Shown here: piece by piece, positions 56,913-64,000 of the stretch
How positions within the stretch are numbered: position 1 is the first letter of the stretch
Layout: every line of letters begins with the position of its first letter
Virus record (IMG/VR): IMGVR_UViG_3300005253_000213
Source of the DNA: an uncultured virus (IMG/VR IMGVR_UViG_3300005253_000213)
Taxonomy: Duplodnaviria; Heunggongvirae; Uroviricota; Caudoviricetes
Reading direction: 5' to 3' (one strand)
Length of the DNA: 64,000 nucleotides
The notes under the pieces: generated by a model
Told to the model about the DNA's origin: nothing
The model's input: the letters and a program-made list of their open reading frames with translations, nothing else
The model's database searches: none
Position numbers and translations under genes: made by a program

Positions 56913-58178
56913 ATGGCGAAGAAAGCCGCCAAGAAGGCCAAGAAGGGCGCAAAGAAGATCAAGCGAGCACCGGCTGAGCTCATGCGGCATCTAGCCATGG
57001 CGAGTGAGAAGAAGCTGGGTCCGGGTATCATGTACGAAAACGTCTCCGAGCACAGCATGCACCACATCGGTCTGCCGTTGCCTGCCCTTGCAATGGAGTA
57101 TCTGCTAGGCAGCAACGTACTGTACCTTGGTGCGCTCTACGGATTGGCTGGCCCGCCGCAGTCATTCAAGTCTGCGTTTGCGCAGGAGCTGGGCAAGATC
57201 ATTGTATCACATGACGGTATCAACACCATATGCGAGACTGAAGGTGGCAAGATCGCTGCCGTCATTCTACAGTCGATCTACGGACGATATGCCGATCGAG
57301 TTTCGATGCGATTGGAACACAGTGTCGAAGCGGCGCAGTCATATCTGTCCAACTGCATCGAGTGGTTCAAGAAGCAGTTCCCGAATCGGGATCAGCTCTT
57401 TGGCTTGATCCTTGACAGCCTGAACGGTTCCAGCTCCAACGAACGTCACGCTTCGATCAAGAAGAAAGGTCACGCAGAACGTGGTTTCCCAATCGAAGCC
57501 ATGCTCTGGTCGAAGTGGTTTCAGGATCAGGCACCGAAGTTCATGCGCTGGCCCGCTGTATTCATTTTCGTGAACCACGAGAAGCGCGACATCAACGACC
57601 CGCGGCGCAAGAGACATCCTGGCGGTGATGCACAGGACTTCTATTCAACGGTCTACATGCATGTTCACCGGGTGAAGACGAACGAAGGTGTGGAGCAGGT
57701 AGTCAATCATCTCACACTCCAAACCGTGAAGCACTCGTTCAGCCTGCCAAGGCGACGTATCAATATCCCGCTCGTGCTCGACAAGTCCAAAGGCCACCTG
57801 TTCTTCGATTGGGGTCACGCAACGGCTGACCTGCTTGCAGACACAAAGAAGCTTGGTTCGGTAGTGAAAGACGTCGTCGAAGTCACGTCGAGCAGTAGCT
57901 CCATGGCGGCACTCACGCGGACGTTCAGCTGCAAGCAGCTGGGGCTGACACAAGTAACGGGTGCTGAGTTGGGAAAGGCAGTTCACGCCAACAAGAAGAT
58001 CATGCGGGAACTGCGGAAAATTCTTTACGTCAGGATGAACACTGTCTGGGCTGGCGCCATGCCTGTGACAGATGCAGCACTCAAGGAGCCGCCAGTTACT
58101 CTGGATAGTAGCGAATCGGTCGTAAATGGCAGCGTCCGCGGAGACGACGCTGAGCGTACGAAAGACCTTGATTTATAG
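56913..58178 (+). CDS. RecA/UvsX-like recombinase
   Basis: GPPQSFKS Walker A variant, ETEG, ILDSL, FVNHEK, PGGDAQDFYST. Confidence 0.8.
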   Translation: MAKKAAKKAKKGAKKIKRAPAELMRHLAMASEKKLGPGIMYENVSEHSMHHIGLPLPALAMEYLLGSNVLYLGALYGLAGPPQSFKSAFAQELGKIIVSHDGINTICETEGGKIAAVILQSIYGRYADRVSMRLEHSVEAAQSYLSNCIEWFKKQFPNRDQLFGLILDSLNGSSSNERHASIKKKGHAERGFPIEAMLWSKWFQDQAPKFMRWPAVFIFVNHEKRDINDPRRKRHPGGDAQDFYSTVYMHVHRVKTNEGVEQVVNHLTLQTVKHSFSLPRRRINIPLVLDKSKGHLFFDWGHATADLLADTKKLGSVVKDVVEVTSSSSSMAALTRTFSCKQLGLTQVTGAELGKAVHANKKIMRELRKILYVRMNTVWAGAMPVTDAALKEPPVTLDSSESVVNGSVRGDDAERTKDLDL

Positions 58179-58196
58179 TTCCCTTTCGAGTAGCAT
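58168..58196 (+). promoter_or_regulatory. Sigma70-like promoter
   Basis: TTGATT-17 nt-TAGCAT upstream of the XRE gene. Confidence 0.5.
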
Positions 58197-58226
58197 GTAC
58201 GTTGCTCACTTGAAGGGAGCTATGGC

Positions 58227-58799
58227 ATGTCGAACGTTGCGGCGAAAGAAGATCTCAGATCGGCAAGTGGTAAGCTGCTGATTGCTGCCAGGGGCCGTGC
58301 GGGAGAGGCGTTGCTGAACTATCCGGCCTATCCGGAGAATTACGGGAAGGTGCCGATACGTTGGAAAGGGCGACGCAAGATCTACTGGCATTTGCTGGTC
58401 GATCTCATATTCATCGAGCCGCCCATAGATCCGTCGGCGTACGTTGCGTTGCCGCCGAACGATCTCATGGCCAGTCCCAAGATGCCAATGGCACCGGATC
58501 CGCGGTTGTACGATTTTGGGCAGAACCTGCGACAGTTTCGCAAGGAGTGTGGCTGGCAGCAGTGGCAGTTGGTGGATGAGCTGGAGCATCTCCACGTGAA
58601 AGTTTCACAAACGACCATCTCTTACTGGGAGCGCAACAAGATGGCTCCCAAGGGGAGGTTCATTGTGGCACTGGCGCGCGTGTTCAGGATACCAGCGTTC
58701 GCGTTCTTTCTCAACTTCCACGACTGCGACTACCTGGAACAGGTCTACAAGTACATGAAGACCGTTTTCATCATGCATTGCAGGAAGGCACCTGTATGA
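58227..58799 (+). CDS. XRE-family HTH regulator
   Basis: FGQNLRQFRKECGWQQWQL...VSQTTISYWERNKMAP. Confidence 0.85.
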   Translation: MSNVAAKEDLRSASGKLLIAARGRAGEALLNYPAYPENYGKVPIRWKGRRKIYWHLLVDLIFIEPPIDPSAYVALPPNDLMASPKMPMAPDPRLYDFGQNLRQFRKECGWQQWQLVDELEHLHVKVSQTTISYWERNKMAPKGRFIVALARVFRIPAFAFFLNFHDCDYLEQVYKYMKTVFIMHCRKAPV

Positions 58800-59305
58800 G
58801 CAAGCAGTATTTCCCAGGCTTGGAAGAGAGTCTGGCTGAGGGGAAGAATCGAGCCGAAGCGGCCTATGCGGAGAGAATTATTCGTACCGTTTTGCGAGAG
58901 TGGTATGACCCCAAACCAGTTCACGACATCATTCGCACGGCAGGCGACGAACTGGGATGGTCGTGGTTCAATGACACTCAGGGCTGTCCATTCAGCATCT
59001 ACTCACGGAAGCTGACCTTCGGCCTAGTAGTGCTTTTGAAGAGTGCGGGTTTCACCAAATCGTCTATCTGGCAGGCGTATTTCGAGGTGAAAGCGAATCA
59101 TGAGCGCGACGACAAGGTGGCGCTCATATTCCCAATTCCCGGCTTGAGTAACTGGGTCATCCACAATGACTTTCAGCTCGCACTCACACCTGGCTACCAC
59201 ACGATAGTAAGGCAGGCCGCTTCGATCGATCGGGGACTCATTATCACACCGTTGCCGGCTTTTCTGGCAGCGCTCAAGGAGGCATGGTCACCATGGGACG
59301 CCTAA
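58796..59305 (+). CDS. Hypothetical protein
   Basis: Coupled to the XRE stop. Confidence 0.55.
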   Translation: MSKQYFPGLEESLAEGKNRAEAAYAERIIRTVLREWYDPKPVHDIIRTAGDELGWSWFNDTQGCPFSIYSRKLTFGLVVLLKSAGFTKSSIWQAYFEVKANHERDDKVALIFPIPGLSNWVIHNDFQLALTPGYHTIVRQAASIDRGLIITPLPAFLAALKEAWSPWDA

Positions 59306-59757
59306 CGCGCCCGAGCGTGACGCCCGAACGTTTGCACTCGGACGCCTACGCAGCCGTAGATGATCTCCGTGAGCTCGGCCGGGAGTGTCGAGAACGCGGA
59401 GTTTCGGAGCGGACTCGCCTGTTGCTTGGACGGCTTGCGAGTTATCCGCCGAACGTACGACTGGTAGTCAATCTCAAGATGTTGACCGGGCTCCTGGTGA
59501 ATGGACCGGTCTACAACGTACTCACCGAGGGATTGACGCCACTTGAACACGCGGCGCTCGTAGAGCTCGATATGAAAGCGCTTTCGAGCAGATCGCGCGA
59601 AGTGGCTCACGGGCTACTGAATATCCATGAGCGCTGGCGCGCCATGAAGGAGTTCCGCCGCATGTTCAAGAAGGCAATGATGGCGAAGGGGTGTTTCATT
59701 TCACTCAACGGACAACCCGAGGAAGAGCATGAAAAGAAAAGCAGTACCTCAGCTTGA
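59284..59757 (+). CDS. Hypothetical protein
   Basis: AAGGAGG upstream. Confidence 0.55.
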   Translation: MVTMGRLTRPSVTPERLHSDAYAAVDDLRELGRECRERGVSERTRLLLGRLASYPPNVRLVVNLKMLTGLLVNGPVYNVLTEGLTPLEHAALVELDMKALSSRSREVAHGLLNIHERWRAMKEFRRMFKKAMMAKGCFISLNGQPEEEHEKKSSTSA

Positions 59758-61015
59758 ATTTGCCGGCACGAAGTATCCCGGCAGGCGCGCTGTTGCTGAG
59801 ATCTTCAAAGAGATCGAGCGGCAGGCGAAATCATATCAGGACTACATCGTTGCCACGAAGAATGTGACGATGCGCCTCGATGACGCTCATGGGATTGTGT
59901 TGGTGTTTGCCGTTGGCGGCAAGGACCACGCGCTCCCAATGAGCACTGGGTCATATCTGCAACTGGCGCAGTGGCTGGGTATCCCGACTACGTCGAGGTT
60001 TTACCAGCGGTTGCGGTTCGGCCATGCGGACTACCGCAAACGTCGAGCTGGCCACTTCAGCTCACGGTTTTGGCAAACCTGGTGTGATATGGTCAATGAC
60101 CATTTCAGGATTCTCGGCATCCGAAAGCTGATACGCACGCTGAGGCGGAAGGACGGTGCGTGGTACATACGAGCGGTCCTCAGCGATCGCTACAAGATCA
60201 TTCCGAACGGGCATCTTTTCATGGCCGTTGCGGACAAGATCAAGAAACTGGACGCGGAGGTATGGGATGCCCGATTGTCGGAAGATCGGCTCTACCTCTA
60301 CTGTGTAGCTCCTGGCATCAGTGCGCAGATTCGCACCGATCGCACGTTCGAAAGCGAGCGGCGCTGGTTGGGCGACGTTGGCGACGTGGTGAATGCCGCA
60401 CTTACACTCAGCAACAGTGAGACGGGCCACGGCGGCTGCGAGGTCTGCCCTGCGATCGTAACGCAGGTGACGAGTTCGTATATCGTCAAGCAGAATGCAC
60501 TGAGTATGCGCCACATTGGTGTACGTCACGAGATGGATGCGATGCTCAGTGACACCACGATCAAGAAAGAGAACCAGTTGGTTTTCGCCAAGATCACCGA
60601 CATCGTACAGGCCACATTCGACCCGGACAAGTTCCAGGTCTTTGTGGACAAGCTCAGCGATGCGACACAGGACGAAGTCGAAGATCCGGCAGCGGCAGCG
60701 AGCGCGCTGCAAGTCGTCTATGATCTCGGCGAGGAGCGCAGGGATGCCATCATCAGTTGGCTCGTGAGAAGCGGCGATAGGAGTCGCTACGGGCTCGCGA
60801 TGGCGGTTGCCCGAGAGGCGCATGACAACCAGAACCTCGGCGCTGCCGAAGCAATCAAGCTGGAGCAGAGCGCTGCACACATCATCGAGAAGCAGACGTC
60901 ACTGAAGTTGGCGCGGGCATACCGCGATAAGGAAACCGGGAAGGCTATGAAGGTGGCCATTCAGGCTGAAGTCGAGGAGGCGCAGCCCATAGGTGTGGCG
61001 GCGCTGGAAGAGTAA
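59729..61015 (+). CDS. DUF932-like phage/plasmid protein
   Basis: RAVLSDRYKIIPN, LSNSETGHG, RHIG. Confidence 0.7.
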   Translation: MKRKAVPQLEFAGTKYPGRRAVAEIFKEIERQAKSYQDYIVATKNVTMRLDDAHGIVLVFAVGGKDHALPMSTGSYLQLAQWLGIPTTSRFYQRLRFGHADYRKRRAGHFSSRFWQTWCDMVNDHFRILGIRKLIRTLRRKDGAWYIRAVLSDRYKIIPNGHLFMAVADKIKKLDAEVWDARLSEDRLYLYCVAPGISAQIRTDRTFESERRWLGDVGDVVNAALTLSNSETGHGGCEVCPAIVTQVTSSYIVKQNALSMRHIGVRHEMDAMLSDTTIKKENQLVFAKITDIVQATFDPDKFQVFVDKLSDATQDEVEDPAAAASALQVVYDLGEERRDAIISWLVRSGDRSRYGLAMAVAREAHDNQNLGAAEAIKLEQSAAHIIEKQTSLKLARAYRDKETGKAMKVAIQAEVEEAQPIGVAALEE

Positions 61016-61037
61016 CTCGGAGAGAGGAGAGTCAGCT

Positions 61038-61956
61038 GTGACCGCAAAGAAGAAGGCGAAGAAGAAGGCGAAGAAGAAGGCGCCGAAGAAGCAGTCGGCA
61101 GCGGGGCCGGCCAAGCCGCCCAAGCCCGCTGCGAAGGCAAGTGTTCCTGCCAAGGCGCCCAAGGCCATGCTCGCGGAGGCCACCGAGCGCTTCAAGAAGG
61201 ACATCGAGAAGCTGCGCAATCGGCGTAAGGGGCTCGCCGGTGATCTGCTGCAGTACAGGTACGACATTGGCCTCATGGTAATCAAGATCGCCGAGGAGAA
61301 GAACAAGGCGACCCACGAGCGCTGCTACGGTTCGCACACCGTCGCGGATACGGCCAAGCTGCTCAGCGAGGCTCTCTCGACGGTCTACGCCTGCATGAAG
61401 TTCGTCAGGCAGTTCAGCAAGAAGGAGCTCGCGGAGTTCAAGGCCAAGGAGTGGCCGTGGCGGGCAGTTTCATCACTCGTCACCGTCGAGGATGCAAAGA
61501 CCAGGAAGCAGCTCAAGGCCGACTTCGAGAAGGGCAAGTTCGATACCTCCGATGCGTTCAAGAACCAGGTCAAGCAGACGAACACCAAGCAGCGTGCCGA
61601 CGGCACCAAGACGGACGGACGGGGCTCCGGCGGCGCTGGCGGCCAGGCCGNNNNNNNNNNNNNNNNNNNNNNNNNNNNNNNNNNNNNNNNNNNNNNNNNN
61701 NNNNNNNNNNNNNNNNNNNNNNNNNNNNNNNNNNNNNNNNNNNNNNNNGCTCAACACGGTCTTCGCACAGGCGGCGAAGCGCCTCCTGCCCGAGGCCATC
61801 GAGGGCGTGCGGACCTTCATCCAGAACTCGCAGAAGATGACTCCGGCAACGGCCGAGAAGGCGGCGGCCGAGATCAAGGAGTCCAAGGGCAACGTCGCGG
61901 CGGTCGAGAAGATGATCGTGCAGTACAAGAAGGCCGTGCAGGACTCTGGAGTCTAG
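61038..61956 (+). CDS. Protein with histone H1-like Lys/Ala-rich N-terminus; spans an N gap
   Basis: GAGGAG RBS; KKKAKKKAKKKAPKK; coding-like sequence on both sides of the gap in different frames. Confidence 0.6.
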
Positions 61957-61966
61957 TACGGTTAGT

Positions 61967-62003
61967 CGCGCGGGCACCGACAATAGTGTCGGTGCCCACG
62001 CGC
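61967..62003 (+). terminator. Hairpin after the H1-like gene
   Basis: CGCGCGGGCACCGA-CAATAGTG-TCGGTGCCCACGCG. Confidence 0.5.
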
Positions 62004-62023
62004 GGCATGGAAGGAGAAAGCCG

Positions 62024-62572
62024 ATGCCTGAGTCGAACAAGGCGGTGGAAGCGCTGATCGCGCTCAACAAGTTGCATGTGCAGACCAAGTCGCCGACGGC
62101 CTGGGAGTTGCATTTGCAGAACAAGGCGACGGCCTGGCAGCAGCTCCTACGCTATGGTGGGATCAAGACCGTTGGCAATCTGCTGGCGAGTCGCAAGGGC
62201 GTGTTCGGCTTCATCGCGATCGCGCTCAGCTACTGGCTTCTGCTCGGCAGACTGCCGGCAGAGGCTGCACCGGAGCTCATTGCCCAGATGGGCGAGGTCT
62301 TCGGCATGATCGTCGCGGTCGTGGTCGCTACCGTCGTTGGCGGAACCGCGCTGGAAGATGCACTCAAGCGCGGTGCAACGAAGGCCGGACCTGCGTGGCT
62401 ACCGCCCAAGCTGGCTGCGGCGGTAGGAAAGGCATACGATCGTCTGCAATCCGGTGACAACGAGGAAGAAGTCACGAAGGAGCTGGGGGCGGCAGTCACG
62501 AAGGAGCTGGGACCGGCAATCATCAAGTCGTTGCTGGCCAGTGACGATTCCAGCTCGGCTTCTGCGGGCTGA
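62024..62572 (+). CDS. Two-TM membrane protein (holin-like)
   Basis: LASRKG + TM1, TM2 ending GGTALED; AAGGAG RBS. Confidence 0.55.
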   Translation: MPESNKAVEALIALNKLHVQTKSPTAWELHLQNKATAWQQLLRYGGIKTVGNLLASRKGVFGFIAIALSYWLLLGRLPAEAAPELIAQMGEVFGMIVAVVVATVVGGTALEDALKRGATKAGPAWLPPKLAAAVGKAYDRLQSGDNEEEVTKELGAAVTKELGPAIIKSLLASDDSSSASAG

Positions 62573-62609
62573 CCAGGCGGCAACCCCATATCTATAGAAG
62601 CAGCGATCT

Positions 62610-63134
62610 TTGGATCGCTGTTTCTATTTGAAAATCATGCAATATCGAGTGTGTCAAGCCTGCAGCATGCCGATTCTTCCGGGCGAGCGTGCGGTTGTGA
62701 TCAGCGCTGCTGAGGTGCAAAAGGATTCTGGACTGACTGAGAGCACGGAGGTTCCCTCGACGGTGCTCTGTACGCACTGCGGGACTCAGGTCATGATCGA
62801 AGCACCTGATATCGCCGAGCACGCCAGTCTGCACATCTACGTTGCCCGTGAAGTTCGTGAAAGATGGATCCATGAGAGTGCGCAACTCAAGACCGTGCTT
62901 GCGCAGTTGTTCGACTTCGTTCAGCGCAGCACCCACTTGCGCCGTATTTCATTCTTGTCACACAAGGATCCAAAGCAGCTACGTATTGTTCTGGACTTCT
63001 ACGCTGACAAAAAGACGGTGCTGGCTTGGAGCGAACTCAGTAAAACGCTTGTGGTGGAAGGAAGTGGTGTGGAGGCGGAGCAGCGCGAACGCGCTATCTA
63101 TGCTCTTGATGATCACTCCGCGGGGGGTAAATAA
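62610..63134 (+). CDS. Zinc-ribbon protein
   Basis: CQAC...CTHC. Confidence 0.5.
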   Translation: MDRCFYLKIMQYRVCQACSMPILPGERAVVISAAEVQKDSGLTESTEVPSTVLCTHCGTQVMIEAPDIAEHASLHIYVAREVRERWIHESAQLKTVLAQLFDFVQRSTHLRRISFLSHKDPKQLRIVLDFYADKKTVLAWSELSKTLVVEGSGVEAEQRERAIYALDDHSAGGK

Positions 63135-63227
63135 CGGGTGGTCATCAGCATCCTGTTTGGGGCCGCCTCCACGTGAGTAAGCATATTGCATGCAGGTAGA
63201 GGACGCAAGCGAAGGAAAGAGGTTATC

Positions 63228-63833
63228 ATGAAACGAACATACATGAAAACTGTCAAGCAGCCAGATCGCCAACCGTTTCCGCTCTCAAAACAAGCGGTCA
63301 AGGCTATGTATTATGAGGAGCACGTGAGCATGTGCGAGATAGGGAAGAAGGCGAAGCGCTCCAGACAGTGCGTAGCTCGGTGGATGACATATTGGGGATT
63401 CCAGCGTCGCACATCTCTCGAAGGGCTTCGTCTAGCGAGGAAGGATGCTGCACACGGTCCTAACTGGAAAGGCGGAGAGTGGTTTCAGCCCAGCTCAGGT
63501 TATTGGGTTGTCTATGCTCCAAGTCATCCTTATGCGAGCACACGAAACACCATTCGTCGTTGCCGCGCTGTTGCAGAAGAGCGGATTGGCCGCTTGTGTA
63601 CTGAACAAGAGGTAGTACATCATCTTGATTTCGACAAGGCTAACGATGAGCCAGAAAATCTGTGTGTACTTTCGAAGAGGCTACATGCGCTTCTTCACAT
63701 GGCATTGGGGCGGGTTGGCGCTGCCAAACTACTGCGGCGAAAATGCCCTAACCTGCCGTCTATCACAGCAAAACTGGTCAAGCTGGTGTATACCGATCGG
63801 GTTGCTGAGGTAACCATCAATGAAAGGAGATAG
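63228..63833 (+). CDS. HNH endonuclease with N-terminal HTH
   Basis: PNWKGG...SGY...HPYA...VVHHLDFDKANDEPENLCVL...H. Confidence 0.85.
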   Translation: MKRTYMKTVKQPDRQPFPLSKQAVKAMYYEEHVSMCEIGKKAKRSRQCVARWMTYWGFQRRTSLEGLRLARKDAAHGPNWKGGEWFQPSSGYWVVYAPSHPYASTRNTIRRCRAVAEERIGRLCTEQEVVHHLDFDKANDEPENLCVLSKRLHALLHMALGRVGAAKLLRRKCPNLPSITAKLVKLVYTDRVAEVTINERR

Positions 63834-64000
63834 TGTCATTGTACACTCCGTGTTTTGGTGATATGTGGGATCGGTGGGGCACACCCGTCTCGCTTTTCTG
63901 CATTACTGCGAATTCGTATTTGAGGCGCGATGGTGCGCTCACGATGGGGCGTGGAATTGCCAAGCAGCTCAAAGACATGCAGCCGGAGATAGCATGGGAT

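Noticed and set aside
432..58178. Inteins in terminase, helicases, PolA or RecA
   Set aside because: Protein lengths fit the domain content and no C/S...HN-C/S/T splice motifs were recognised.
61651..61748. Frameshift in the H1-like gene
   Set aside because: The frame change coincides with an N gap of estimated length, so it is most likely an assembly artefact. The gap at 10558-10640 likewise leaves the JAB frame unverified.
8461..61998. Shared CGGTGCCC/GGGCACCG arms in the hairpins after the Ubl and H1-like genes
   Set aside because: Only two instances, in swapped order, 8-9 nt long in GC-rich DNA. Not distinguishable from chance.
1..64000. CRISPR array or short-period guide-repeat array
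   Set aside because: No repeat-spacer series or periodic motif was seen. The repeats found are isolated pairs or coding low-complexity tracts.

Overview
A 64-kb segment of a large, GC-rich tailed dsDNA phage genome read in the standard bacterial code, with two short N gaps (10558-10640 and 61651-61748). Nearly all credible genes are on the + strand. The only large - strand gene is a terminase large subunit. Recognisable modules are: (1) a tmRNA gene interrupted by an endonuclease VII/HNH ORF that is bracketed by a fully paired 30-bp RNA helix; (2) a MoxR-like AAA ATPase and HExxH/VWA pair followed by a complete prokaryotic ubiquitin-like cassette (Ubl ending GG-SR, E2-like, JAB, ThiF/E1); (3) a long accessory region containing a HUH Rep-like protein, an XRE/sigma70-region-4 fusion, Nudix, MazG-like and HerA-like proteins and SbcCD; (4) a cluster of 10 tRNAs, with a tRNA-Pro+HNH cassette nested inside a decayed tRNA-Pro, a tRNA-like mini-RNA and several candidate structured ncRNAs; (5) a stand-alone RAMP/Cas7-like gene; and (6) a replication module (SF2 helicase, replicative helicase, primase, UDG-like-PolA fusion, dCMP deaminase, RecA-like protein). 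Eleven free-standing HNH/EndoVII genes are scattered through the window. All calls come from reading motifs and base-pairing by eye; no database searches or folding programs were run.
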